A stretch of DNA of 64,000 bases from an uncultured Gemmatimonadales bacterium (GTDB taxonomy: Bacteria; Gemmatimonadota; Gemmatimonadetes; Gemmatimonadales; GWC2-71-9): contig CAWHFW010000005.1 in the NCBI GenBank assembly GCA_963828735.1, positions 1,632,001-1,696,000 of the forward strand, in the 5' to 3' direction. Made by a program: the position numbers and the translations under genes. This document shows positions 31,713 through 41,313 of this stretch, one piece after another (position 1 is the first letter of the stretch; each line of letters opens with the position of its first letter). The notes under the pieces are model-generated. The model ran no database searches, was not told where the DNA came from, and saw nothing but the letters and a program-made list of their open reading frames with translations.

Positions 31713-32351
31713 CTACAGCAGGATCACGCCCGCTCGCGCGCCCGCCGCAACCGCCTCCGCGCGAGTCGACACGCCGAGCTTGTGGAACAGCGCGGCCATG
31801 TGCGTCTTGACCGTGTGCCGGGAGATCCCGAGGCGCGCGGCGATCTGCTTGTTCACCAGGCCTTCAGCGAGGAGCGCCAGGATCTGGGCCTCGCGCGTGC
31901 TCAGCGGCTCGGGGGGAGCGATGGCGCGGGCCGCGATGCCCGGCATGGCCTCGGCGAGCGCATCGGGCGGCAGAACCACCAGGCCCGCCGCCGCGGCCTC
32001 GACCGCCGCCGCAATGGCATCCGCGCTGGCGGTTCGGGGAAGCACCGCCTGGGCGCCGGCGCGCACGGCCCGGACCGCCCAGCCGCGGGGAAGCGAGTCG
32101 CCGAGCAACACGAGCGCCGGTGCGCGCGCGGCCGCGTCGGGCGCGAGGGCGAGGCGCGGCGGTTCGGCGCCCGCGTCGAGAAGGGCGAGCACCACCTGGA
32201 CGCCCTGCGCGGAGCCATCCTCAATGCGCCGGCGCGCGTCGGCCGGCGTCGCACTGCCCCCGCCGACGGCGACGTGTCCTCGGACGGTGAGGAGCGCCTC
32301 GAGGCCCGCGCGCTCCAGTTCGGACCGGGCCACGACGAGCACGCGAATCAC
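31713..32351 (-). CDS. NarL/LuxR-family regulator with an atypical receiver domain
   Basis: LSTREAQIL...GLVNKQIAARLGISRHTVKTH; canonical acidic pair absent. Confidence 0.88.
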   Translation of the reverse strand: MIRVLVVARSELERAGLEALLTVRGHVAVGGGSATPADARRRIEDGSAQGVQVVLALLDAGAEPPRLALAPDAAARAPALVLLGDSLPRGWAVRAVRAGAQAVLPRTASADAIAAAVEAAAAGLVVLPPDALAEAMPGIAARAIAPPEPLSTREAQILALLAEGLVNKQIAARLGISRHTVKTHMAALFHKLGVSTRAEAVAAGARAGVILL

Positions 32352-32959
32352 GCCGCCCGCGCCCCGCGCCCGCGCTCGATCTCGCGCACGAATCGTTCGA
32401 CCACGTGCGTCGGCACGGCGATCCCCAGTCCTCCCACGATCATCGCGTTGATGCCGACGACTCGCCCGGCGGCATCGGCCAGTGGCCCGCCCGAGTTGCC
32501 CGGCGCGAGCCGGATGTCCGCCTGCAACCATCCACCCGGGCCTCGCTCGCCGGTCGGCGCACGATGCACGATGCCGAGCGCGGCGGCGTAGGCGACGCCC
32601 AGCGGATGTCCCACGGCGACGACCAGCTCGCCGGCGCGGAGCCCGCGCGCGTCCGCCCGGAGCGCCGCGACCCGGTCGTCGCCGGCAATGGCCAGCGCGG
32701 CGAGGTCCCGGCGCGGGTCGCGCGCGACGACTCGCGCGCGGTGGGCCCTCCCGTCCGGCAGCACGATGTCGGCTCCGGTCGCCGTCGCGACGTGCGCGTT
32801 GGTGACGATGAGCCCGCTCCGGAGCCAGACGACGCCGGCGCCGGCGCTCCGCCCGCCGGCGTGCACGTGCACCGTGATTTGCCGGAGTCGGCTGGCGACG
32901 TCGCCCAGGGCCTCCTCGACCGCCGGCACATTGCCGAGCAGCGACTCAGCGGCGCTCAC
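32348..32959 (-). CDS. Trypsin-like (S1C) serine protease without PDZ
   Basis: TNAHV, DLA, PGNSGGPL. Confidence 0.9.
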   Translation of the reverse strand: MSAAESLLGNVPAVEEALGDVASRLRQITVHVHAGGRSAGAGVVWLRSGLIVTNAHVATATGADIVLPDGRAHRARVVARDPRRDLAALAIAGDDRVAALRADARGLRAGELVVAVGHPLGVAYAAALGIVHRAPTGERGPGGWLQADIRLAPGNSGGPLADAAGRVVGINAMIVGGLGIAVPTHVVERFVREIERGRGARAA

Positions 32960-33881
32960 GAGGACGCTCCCCGACCGTCACCGTCAGCCGTTCCGCCCGC
33001 CCACCCCGCGCCACGCTGAGCCCGATCGCGGCGCCGATCCGGTCGCCGCCGAGCGCGGCGAGCACGTCGCCCGGGTCGCTCACGGGTCGGTCGTCGACTG
33101 CGAGCAGGATGTCCCCGATAAGCACGCCGCCACGATCGGCGGGGCTGTCCGGCTCGACGTTCACCACGACGAGCCCCGCGTCCGAGTCGATCTCCAGGCT
33201 GCGCTGCAGAGGCGCCGGCAGACGGACCGGCTGCGTCGCGATCCCCAGCCAGCCGCGCGCGATGTGCCCCTTGGCCAGCAGCTGGCCCACCACACGGGAG
33301 ACGGTGCCGGCCGGGACGGTGAGCGCGCTGGCGCGCGCCAGGCCGGAGGTGTTGATGCCGACCACGCGTCCGGCCGCGTCGATCAGCGGGCCCCCCGAGA
33401 AGCCATCGTAGACCGCGACGTCCAGCCGAACGAAGCGATCGATCGCACCGCCCTGCCAGGTGCGCCACTCCCCGCCGACCGCGCTCACGATGCCGAGACT
33501 GGCGGTGACCGCCGGCCCCGGGCGCCCCAGCGCAAGCGCGAGCTGACCGACCCGGGGCGGCTCCGTCGCAACCGAGGCGGGCGGCGCCGCCGAGCCGGTA
33601 ACGCCGTCGGCCAGGCGAAGCACGGCCAGGTCGGTGGACGGGTCGCGCCCGGCGAGCGTGGCTCGCGAGGAGCTGCCGTCGTGCAGGGTGACGGTGATGT
33701 CGTCGTCGCGCTGGATCGTGTGGTGCGCGGCGACGACCACGCCGGGTTGCCAGACCACGCCCGACGCGGGGATGCGCCGGCGCGCGTGAATCGCGACGAC
33801 CGAGCGACCGACGGTCTCCACGGCGGCGGCGAGGTCGTTCGAGAGGGCGGTCAGCGGACCACCCGGAGTGGATGCGGGCAT
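32946..33881 (-). CDS. Trypsin-like (S1C) serine protease with a PDZ domain
   Basis: AAHH, DPSTDLAVL, GFSGGPL, GWLGI, SPADRGG. Confidence 0.9.
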   Translation of the reverse strand: MPASTPGGPLTALSNDLAAAVETVGRSVVAIHARRRIPASGVVWQPGVVVAAHHTIQRDDDITVTLHDGSSSRATLAGRDPSTDLAVLRLADGVTGSAAPPASVATEPPRVGQLALALGRPGPAVTASLGIVSAVGGEWRTWQGGAIDRFVRLDVAVYDGFSGGPLIDAAGRVVGINTSGLARASALTVPAGTVSRVVGQLLAKGHIARGWLGIATQPVRLPAPLQRSLEIDSDAGLVVVNVEPDSPADRGGVLIGDILLAVDDRPVSDPGDVLAALGGDRIGAAIGLSVARGGRAERLTVTVGERPRERR

Positions 33882-34156
33882 GAAGGCTCCTGAGTGAGTA
33901 ACCGGAGAGCAGAATGGCGGGTTTCCTGCGGCCGCGGGATCGGACGTTTGGGCGAGGGCAGGGTCGGATGTTGGGCGGAGGGCGCTCGGCAAACCATTTT
34001 CGCGTGGCGGGCATCTACTACGGTATCGGCGCGAACGAGGCCGCCACCCTCATCGCGTTGATACAATCGTGAACGTGTGAAACGATCGAAACGGACGACG
34101 CCCGCGTCCGTAGTTCGTACGAGATTGCCACCGCCTGGACGGAGTCGTTGCACGTC

Positions 34157-35377
34157 GTGAACCGTCGCCATTTCGTGACCGCCGTCGCGGGCGGAGTGCT
34201 CGCGACACTTCCCGCTCCACCGGTGTGGCCGGCTCAGGTGGCCCTGGCGAGACGCTCGGGGCCCCTCGTCGGGCCGCGATGGCGCCCAACGGCCGAGCTG
34301 CTCCGGACCCTGCCGCGCCTGCTCGAGCTCGCCGCGGTTCCGGGCCTGTCGTTCGCGACCGTGGACGAGGGCCGGACGTTTCAGAAGAACGCCGGTCGCG
34401 CCAGCCTGCAGCCTCGGCATGGCGTGTCGGACGAGACGGTGTTCGAGGCCGCGTCCCTCGGGAAGCCGTTGTTCGCCTACGCCGTGCTGCGGTTGGTCGA
34501 CGCGGGCCGCTTCGACCTGGATCGCCCGCTATACGACTATCTCCCCGCGCCTGAGGCGGACACACCACGGATGCGGCGCGTCACCGCGCGGCACGTTCTG
34601 AGCCACACGAGCGGCCTCCCCAACTGGCGGCACGCGTCGGGGCCGCTGACGCCGGCCACCGAGCCCGGCGAGACCTTCGAGTATTCCGGCGAGGGCTATT
34701 TCTTCCTCCAGCGAGTAATCGAGCGCGTCATGGACCGGCCGGTCGCCCGGCTGCTTCGTGAGGACGTACTCGAGCCGCTCGGGATGCGCGACAGCAGCTG
34801 GGTCTGGCGCGATACGTACGACCGTCGCATGGCCGTGGGGTACGACGAGGCCGGCGAGCCGGCGGAGGTGTACGCGGCCATCGGCCGGCGGACCGCGCTG
34901 ATCGCGCGCGAGTGGGGCAAGCCGCTGGAGGAGTGGCGCTACGAGGACTCGGTCCGGACGGTGCCGCTCGTGAACCCGGCCTGGCCGATACTACCGATCT
35001 ACATGGTCCCCAACGTGGCCGCGTCACTGCTCACGACCGCGCGCGACTACGCGCGCTTCCTAGCGCACGTGGTGGCCGCCCCCGGACCGAGCGGGCTGGC
35101 GCTCGGCGCCAACCTCCGCGAGGCCATGACCGCGCCGCAGGTCCGGCTCAACAGCGCGCTCGCCTGGGGCCTGGGTTGGGGTCTCCAGGACGACGAGTAC
35201 GGCCAAACCCTCTGGCACTGGGGCGCCAACAACGGCTTCCGCAATTTCTGCCTGGCCGACGCCGACAACCGCCGCGCCCTCGTCGTGCTCACCAACAGCG
35301 GCAACGGACCCAGGGTCTACGAGCGCGTAATCGTCTCGCTCACCGGCCACGACCACCCCGCGTTCCTTCGCGCGTGA
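34157..35377 (+). CDS. Serine hydrolase, beta-lactamase/class C-like family, possible Tat signal
   Basis: NRRHFV; ASLGK, LSHTSGL, YSGEG, WHWG. Confidence 0.9.
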   Translation: MNRRHFVTAVAGGVLATLPAPPVWPAQVALARRSGPLVGPRWRPTAELLRTLPRLLELAAVPGLSFATVDEGRTFQKNAGRASLQPRHGVSDETVFEAASLGKPLFAYAVLRLVDAGRFDLDRPLYDYLPAPEADTPRMRRVTARHVLSHTSGLPNWRHASGPLTPATEPGETFEYSGEGYFFLQRVIERVMDRPVARLLREDVLEPLGMRDSSWVWRDTYDRRMAVGYDEAGEPAEVYAAIGRRTALIAREWGKPLEEWRYEDSVRTVPLVNPAWPILPIYMVPNVAASLLTTARDYARFLAHVVAAPGPSGLALGANLREAMTAPQVRLNSALAWGLGWGLQDDEYGQTLWHWGANNGFRNFCLADADNRRALVVLTNSGNGPRVYERVIVSLTGHDHPAFLRA

Positions 35378-35424
35378 ACCGTCGCGGTGCAAGACCGGGG
35401 CGGCCAGCCGTCCTAGTTTCTGTC

Positions 35425-35952
35425 ATGCGCGACCAACACCGTCCCAAACAGGATCTCATCAGCGAGGTGATCGCCCTGCGCAAGCAGTTGGCCGATCTCC
35501 GCGAGGCGATGACCGCCCGGCGCCGGGTGGAGGATGCCCTGCGTCTCTCCGAGGGACAGCTCCGCACGCTCATGGACGCGGCCCCGGTGGGACTCTGCCT
35601 GTTCCGGCCGAACGGAACGCCCCTCGTGGCCAACCGACCATTCGCCCGGCTCCTGGGCTACGACTCGACCGCCGAGCTGCTCCGGGTCGCCGATACGCTC
35701 GGCGTCTTCGGGAGCCGGGAAGAGCAGGGGCGGGTGTTGGCGCTGGTGGAGCGCGGCCTCGAGCGGGTGGCGGGCGTCGTCTTCCGGCGGAAGGACGGCG
35801 CTCGGCAGGCATTCGGCGTGATCGGCTCGGTTTCGAGCGACCCGCACGCCATCGTCCTCGTGATCCTCGAGCGCCAGCCGCAGCCGTGGCGCTCCGCGCC
35901 GCTCGCGGCGCTCAGCCCGGCGTGGTCGGCGCCGGGGTCGCGGACGGGGTGA
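35425..35952 (+). CDS. Stand-alone coiled-coil and PAS domain protein
   Basis: RRRVEDALRLSE...LMDAAPVG...ANRPFARLLGYD...RRKDG. Confidence 0.75.
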   Translation: MRDQHRPKQDLISEVIALRKQLADLREAMTARRRVEDALRLSEGQLRTLMDAAPVGLCLFRPNGTPLVANRPFARLLGYDSTAELLRVADTLGVFGSREEQGRVLALVERGLERVAGVVFRRKDGARQAFGVIGSVSSDPHAIVLVILERQPQPWRSAPLAALSPAWSAPGSRTG

Positions 35953-36025
35953 AGTCGGACGATCCGCCATCGGAAAGAGCGAGGCGCGGGGCAGGGGCGG
36001 CGTGGCGAGGTTGGGGTAACCAGGG

Positions 36026-36073
36026 GTCACACTGAGTGAAGCGAAGGGGGCATGTGCCGACGCATGCCCCTTC
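36026..36073. repeat. REP-like palindromic element
   Basis: AGTGAAGCGAAGGGGGCATG...CATGCCCCTTC; related inverted copy at 38656-38713. Confidence 0.6.
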
Positions 36074-36173
36074 CTCGTCTCGTACGGGCGGTGTCCTGCG
36101 CATCCAGTCGTTGGCGGGTGTCCCGCCTCCCGACCATTATACTTGGTCCATTCCCCCGACTCAGGAGACCGCC

Positions 36174-36941
36174 ATGCGATCCGTCGCTGAAACGGTGGTG
36201 CGCGGCGCCTCGACGATCGCGGTCGTCGCCCTGACGGCGTGCGGGGGGAATCACGGCGAATCCACCCCCCCAGCCTCACCCGCGGCATCCCGGAGTACGA
36301 CGAACGAGGCGCCCATCGATACCGTTGGGCTCCCCCGCATTCGCTTCGCCCGCGGCACGACGTCCGGCACCATCGACGAGAAGCTCGGCGCCGGCCCCCA
36401 CAGCTACGTCCTGTCCGCGCAGGCCGGTCAGATCATGCTCGCGCACGCGATCGCCTGGCCAGTCGAAAATCCGCCGCCCGAGCCCCTGGTGCAGGTGTTC
36501 GAAGCCACCAACGGGCGCGAGCTCACCTCGCCGCGGGGGGAGCCGGAGGTCTGGTCCGGCCGCCTTCCCATCACGGGAGACTACGTCGTTCGCGTGACGA
36601 GAACGGCCCCGATCTACTACACACTGGCGGTCCAGATCCCCAGGCGGGTGGAGCTGAGCCCGGCCGAGCCAACGGCCGTCTTCACGGGCACGGCTCCCTC
36701 GCGTGCACCGATCGATTTCCTCGTACGCGTCGACGCCAGCCGCACCCTTGAGGTGAACCTCGGCGGGGCCCCCACGGTCGGGCTCCACATCTACGGGCTG
36801 GACGACGGCGCCCAACTCTCACGGCTGTCTGACCGCCAACGCCTCTATTCGGGCCGCGTGGAACGGACGCAGGACTACGTGGTGAGCATGGTGCCGTGGG
36901 GGGAGCGGGCCGCGTACGACCTGCGGGTTACGGTGCGATAG
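36174..36941 (+). CDS. Lipoprotein with two PPC-like beta-sandwich repeats
   Basis: AGGAG RBS; lipobox LTAC; RIRFARG, GRLPITGDYVVRV and a second similar repeat. Confidence 0.75.
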   Translation: MRSVAETVVRGASTIAVVALTACGGNHGESTPPASPAASRSTTNEAPIDTVGLPRIRFARGTTSGTIDEKLGAGPHSYVLSAQAGQIMLAHAIAWPVENPPPEPLVQVFEATNGRELTSPRGEPEVWSGRLPITGDYVVRVTRTAPIYYTLAVQIPRRVELSPAEPTAVFTGTAPSRAPIDFLVRVDASRTLEVNLGGAPTVGLHIYGLDDGAQLSRLSDRQRLYSGRVERTQDYVVSMVPWGERAAYDLRVTVR

Positions 36942-36987
36942 GGCGGGCGGCAGGCGCGATGCACACCCGCCGCCCGTCCGGCCTGGC

Positions 36988-38010
36988 TCACCCTCCACCC
37001 GCTCCTCCCACTACCGGCAGGACTTCCCCGCTGATGTAGCTCGAGCACGTCGGGGCCGCGAGGAACACGTACGCCGGCGCGATCTCTTCCGGCTGGGCAG
37101 GGCGCTTCATGGGCACATCGGCGCCGAACCGCGAGACCTTCTCCGCGTCCTGGTCGGCCGGGTTGAGCGGCGTCCAGACCGGGCCAGGCGCGACGCAGTT
37201 CACTCGAATGCCGCGGTCCAGCAGGTTCTGCGAGAGCGATTTCGTGAACGCGTGGATCGCGCCCTTGGTCGAGGCGTAGTCCAGGAGCTCCTTGCTTCCC
37301 TCGATCCCGGTCACCGAGCCGGTATTGATGATGGACGAGCCCTCGCCGAGGTGCGGCGCCGCGGCGCGCGCCATGTAGAAGTAGCCGAAGATGTTGGTGC
37401 GGAACGTGTGCTCGAACTGCTCGTCGGTGATGTCCTCGAGCGACGGAACGTGCTCCTGGAAGGCGGCGTTGTTGACCAGGATGTCGAGGCCGCCGAGCTC
37501 CTGGACCGTGGTCTCCACGGCGTCCTGGCAGAACGCCGAGTCGGTGACGTCGCCGGGGATGAGCAGGGCCCGGCGCCCCTCGTCCTCGACCGCCCGGCGG
37601 GTTTCCTCGGCGTCCTGGTCCTCGCTCAGGTAGACGATCGCCACGTCTGCTCCCTCCCGCGCGAACAGCACCGCCACCGCTCGCCCTATTCCCGAGTCGC
37701 CGCCGGTGACGAGGGCGACCTTCCCCTCGAGCTTGCCGGAGCCACGATAGTCGGGGGCCTCGTACTCCGGGCGGGGATGGAGGTCGGCCTCGATGCCTGG
37801 CTTGGCCTGGTGCTGCTTCGGGAGGGGTGGCTCGGGATAGCGCCGCGCCCCCAATTGTGCCGCCCCCGCTCCCTTCGATTGACCCTGCTTCCCGCGGCGC
37901 CCTTCCACGCCGCGCTGGAGCCGACGATCGGACTCGGCCTTCTTCTTGGCGGCCGTGGCGGCCGCCTTCTTGGTTCCGGACCAGCGCCCGGCGCTCTTCT
38001 TGACTGCCAC
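36988..38010 (-). CDS. SDR-family oxidoreductase (general-stress YghA/YhxC-like)
   Basis: TGGDSGIG, NNAA, YASTK, APGPVWTP. Confidence 0.93.
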   Translation of the reverse strand: MAVKKSAGRWSGTKKAAATAAKKKAESDRRLQRGVEGRRGKQGQSKGAGAAQLGARRYPEPPLPKQHQAKPGIEADLHPRPEYEAPDYRGSGKLEGKVALVTGGDSGIGRAVAVLFAREGADVAIVYLSEDQDAEETRRAVEDEGRRALLIPGDVTDSAFCQDAVETTVQELGGLDILVNNAAFQEHVPSLEDITDEQFEHTFRTNIFGYFYMARAAAPHLGEGSSIINTGSVTGIEGSKELLDYASTKGAIHAFTKSLSQNLLDRGIRVNCVAPGPVWTPLNPADQDAEKVSRFGADVPMKRPAQPEEIAPAYVFLAAPTCSSYISGEVLPVVGGAGGG

Positions 38011-38172
38011 TGTTCCTCCTCGGTGATCGCTGCCTGCGTTCGACGGACGATGGCAGTCCCGACAGGCCGGCGGCGGTGACCGCCCTCACCGGCGTGGCCA
38101 CTGGCGCGGGCGAAACGGCGGCCCCTGTCCGCGCGTAGTGCCCGCAATCCCACCATCGCCGAGGTCCGACCC

Positions 38173-38619
38173 ATGTCTCCACGCTACGTTCTCACACTCG
38201 CCCTCCTTGCCGCCGTGCCCGCCGCCCGCGCGCAGACCGCGGCCGACTCCACTGGCATCCGCGCCGCGGCGCTCGATTATGCGGAAGGTTGGTACAGCGG
38301 CGACGGCGACCGTATGGCGCGCGCGGTCCATCCCGAGCTGGTCAAGCGCATCCTGGTGACCGATACCGCGACCGACCGCGCCTTCGTTCAGACCATGGGC
38401 GCGTCTGCTCTGGTCAACGGCGCGCGCCACGGCTACGGCAAGACCACCCCGGCCGATCGCCAGCAGAAGGACGTGCGTATCCTGGATGTGTTCGGCAACG
38501 CGGCCGTTGCCAGGGTGATCATGGCGGACTGGATCGACTACCTGCAGCTCGTGCGCGCCGATGGACGCTGGCAGATCGTCAACGTGCTCTGGGAGCGAAA
38601 GCCCGACCGGAAGGCATAG
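38173..38619 (+). CDS. Secreted NTF2-like (lumazine-binding/SnoaL-like) protein
   Basis: Signal peptide; DYAEGW...MARAVHP...DYLQL...WQIVNVLW. Confidence 0.85.
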   Translation: MSPRYVLTLALLAAVPAARAQTAADSTGIRAAALDYAEGWYSGDGDRMARAVHPELVKRILVTDTATDRAFVQTMGASALVNGARHGYGKTTPADRQQKDVRILDVFGNAAVARVIMADWIDYLQLVRADGRWQIVNVLWERKPDRKA

Positions 38620-38655
38620 CGGACGGGCCGACCCTTCGCGGGCCACGGCATCCCA

Positions 38656-38713
38656 ACGAAGTGAAGGGGACGTGCCCACACGCACGCCCCCTTCGCTTCA
38701 CTGGGTCACTCAG
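38656..38713. repeat. REP-like palindromic element (inverted copy)
   Basis: GAAGGGGACGTG...CACGCCCCCTTCGCTTCACT, between convergent genes. Confidence 0.6.
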
Positions 38714-38756
38714 TCCGGCAGGCTGCCGGCCCGAGCTCCCGCGGTGACTGTCGGAC

Positions 38757-40319
38757 CTACTGGCCGAGCTTGATTCGCTCCACGCGCCGAGTCTGCGCGC
38801 GAGCGTTGTACACCCGCAGGCTCACGATGCTGCCGGGCTTCTGCGCGGCGATGGCCTTCTTGAGGTCGGCCGGCGAATGAATCGGCGTGCCTTCGACCTC
38901 GAGAATGATGTCCGGTCCGCCATTGTCCGGGTCGGTCAGCTCGCCGTAGGACGGGCCGCCGGCCTTCACGTCCGTCACGATGGCGCCGCGCTGGTCCGGA
39001 CGCAGATGGAGTTGCTGGATGTCGTCACCATCCAACGGCGCCACGGTGATACCCAGCTTGCCGATGCTGGCCGCCGAGTCCTCGGCGTTGTCGCCGTCAC
39101 TCGCCGCGCTGTCATCCGCCGAAGCCACGGCGCGAGCGGCCGGCAGCTCCTGGAGCCGGACGTCGAGCGTCTTGTGCACGCCGCCCTTGCGCGCGACCTC
39201 CACCTTCACGACGTCACCCGGCTGCCGGAACGCGATCTGCTGCTGGAGCTGGCCCACGTATTCGACCGGCTTGCCGTCCACCGACACGATGATGTCGCCG
39301 GGCTCGAGCCCGGCCTTCCGCGCGGGCGAGGTCTCGCTGCCGAAATCCTCGACCACGACGCCGCGGATGTCCGGCAAGCCGACATAGGCCGCATCATTGG
39401 GCGAGACGTTCCGCACCGTCACACCGAGGGCGGCGCGCATGACGCGGCCGTGCGCGATGATCTGGTCCATCACGTGCCGCGCCAGGTTGATCGGAATGGC
39501 GAAGCCGTAGCCCGAATAGAACCCCGTCTGGCTGGCGATCGCCGAATTGACGCCGATCACCTCGCCCCGCACGCTCACGAGCGGGCCCCCCGAATTGCCG
39601 GGATTGATCGCGGCATCCGTCTGGATGAAGTCCTGGATGCTCCGGTCACTCGAGTTGGGGAGCGCGAGCGACCGGCCTTTCGCGCTGATGATGCCCGAGG
39701 TGACCGTGAAGGTCAGGTTCTCGCCGAGGGGGTTGCCGACCGCCAACACCCACTCGCCCACGCGCGAGTCGTCGCTGTCCCCGAGGGGCGCGGGCGTCAG
39801 GTTGTCCGCGTCGATCTTGAGCACGGCGAGGTCGGTGCCCGGATCCGTGCCGACGACCTTGGCGCTGAACTCACGCCGATCGAGCAGCCGCACCGTCACC
39901 TGGTCCGAGCCGTCGACGACGTGATTGTTGGTGAGGATGTAGCCGTCCTTCGAGACGATGAAACCCGAGCCAGCGCTCTCCTGAAAATCGGGGCCCTGCT
40001 GAGGCATGTGAGGGAAGAACTGCTCGAATCCGGGCGGCACTTGGAACTGCATCTGCGGGTGACGCTCCGTGCGTCCGGACTTGATGAACACGACGCTCGG
40101 CTTGACGTGCTCCGCGACCGATGCGAACGCTTCGCTCAAGTCCGACAGGGTGGCCGCGCCGGCCGGAGGCGCCGCCTTGCCGGTGGCCACCGCAGGCGCG
40201 CTCGGCTGCTGGGCGGCGGAGAAGTGAGGAAGCTGAAGAACCCCGGCCACCAGCAGGCCGGCGAGGAACGCGAGCGCCACGCTGCTGGATCGCAAGCGGT
40301 GCATCCATCCATGCGACAT
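38757..40319 (-). CDS. htrA: DegP/HtrA (Do family) serine protease with two PDZ domains
   Basis: GSGFIV, TNNHVV, TDLAVLKI, QTDAAINPGNSGG; export signal. Confidence 0.93.
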   Translation of the reverse strand: MSHGWMHRLRSSSVALAFLAGLLVAGVLQLPHFSAAQQPSAPAVATGKAAPPAGAATLSDLSEAFASVAEHVKPSVVFIKSGRTERHPQMQFQVPPGFEQFFPHMPQQGPDFQESAGSGFIVSKDGYILTNNHVVDGSDQVTVRLLDRREFSAKVVGTDPGTDLAVLKIDADNLTPAPLGDSDDSRVGEWVLAVGNPLGENLTFTVTSGIISAKGRSLALPNSSDRSIQDFIQTDAAINPGNSGGPLVSVRGEVIGVNSAIASQTGFYSGYGFAIPINLARHVMDQIIAHGRVMRAALGVTVRNVSPNDAAYVGLPDIRGVVVEDFGSETSPARKAGLEPGDIIVSVDGKPVEYVGQLQQQIAFRQPGDVVKVEVARKGGVHKTLDVRLQELPAARAVASADDSAASDGDNAEDSAASIGKLGITVAPLDGDDIQQLHLRPDQRGAIVTDVKAGGPSYGELTDPDNGGPDIILEVEGTPIHSPADLKKAIAAQKPGSIVSLRVYNARAQTRRVERIKLGQ

Positions 40320-40424
40320 GTCGTCCATCTCCTGGATCGTGAATGCCAGCGATGGGCCCGGCACCCGGCCGGGCCCCAACGGTCAGCAGATGCGTGAATG
40401 CGGCGAGTAGTTGCAGCGGCCGGC

Positions 40425-40532
40425 TCAATCACGCTCCAGCACGATCGTCGTGCGGCGGGACGGCCGGCGGCTGAGGACGTAGGCCGCGGCGACCACGGCG
40501 GCGAGGGCGATTCCGAAGACGTACCACATCAT
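40425..40532 (-). CDS. 35-aa single-pass small membrane protein (below the ORF-track cutoff)
   Basis: GGAGG RBS; MMWYVFGIALAAVVAAAYVLSRRPSRRTTIVLERD; GC-rich third positions. Confidence 0.6.
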   Translation of the reverse strand: MMWYVFGIALAAVVAAAYVLSRRPSRRTTIVLERD

Positions 40533-40672
40533 TGGAGCCTCCGAGCGGGAGTGGGGTGAACCGACACGTGGGAGACACCGGCCTGCGACACCGCAAGGCC
40601 ACCTATCGGCTTCGGTGTTTCTTCGGTATCTTACGCAGGTCCACCTCCGATCACCCCTGCCGTGTCGTCCTC

Positions 40673-41227
40673 ATGCCGAAAAGCTCCTACGATTTCGACC
40701 CCGAGAGCTACGCGCCGGTGGCAGCGCGCGTCGAGCTCTTCTATGAGAAGTACCCTGCCGGCCGCATCCTCACCGAGCTGGTTCAGCACACCGACCAGCA
40801 GATCGTCTTCCGCGCCGCCGTCTACCGCACGGCGGACGACCGTGAGCCGGCCGCCACGGGCTGGGCCGCCGAGCGCGTGGGCGATGGCGAGATCAACGCC
40901 GTTGCCTGTCTCGAGAACACCGAGACCTCCGCCATTGGGCGAGCGCTCGCCAACCTCGGCTTCCTGGCCTCGCGGCTCCGGCCCAGCGCCGAGGAGGCGA
41001 CGAAGGCGGCCCGGGCCCGCACGCGCCTCGGCGCCGAGCCCGACCTGCGCCAGCTTCTCCGCACGGCCGAGCGGGCCGGACTCGACGCGGAGCGCGTCGA
41101 AGCCCTCCGGTCGCGAGTGGCCCGGGGCCTCACGCCCGCCGAGCTCGCCGAGGTGCAGCACGAGCTTCGTCGCTTCATCCAGCGGCGTATGGAGGATCAT
41201 GCCGCGCGCGCCGGCCGCGGGCCGTGA
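40673..41227 (+). CDS. Hypothetical protein resembling phage ssDNA-annealing proteins
   Basis: Y-x-x-VAARV...YPAGRI...ATGWAAE...LENTETSAIGRALANLG; resemblance recalled from phage SSAP-like proteins, not verified. Confidence 0.6.
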   Translation: MPKSSYDFDPESYAPVAARVELFYEKYPAGRILTELVQHTDQQIVFRAAVYRTADDREPAATGWAAERVGDGEINAVACLENTETSAIGRALANLGFLASRLRPSAEEATKAARARTRLGAEPDLRQLLRTAERAGLDAERVEALRSRVARGLTPAELAEVQHELRRFIQRRMEDHAARAGRGP

Positions 41228-41313
41228 CGATGTCGCTGGGTGGTGTCACATAGGGAAGGACGTGAGTCACGGGGCTTCGACTCGCGACGCCTGACCCACG
41301 ACACTGCCGACCT

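Noticed and set aside
34157..35377. Antibiotic-resistance beta-lactamase
   Set aside because: The motifs (SxxK, Y-S-G, H-W-G) fit the broad serine-hydrolase family; substrate cannot be inferred from the sequence.
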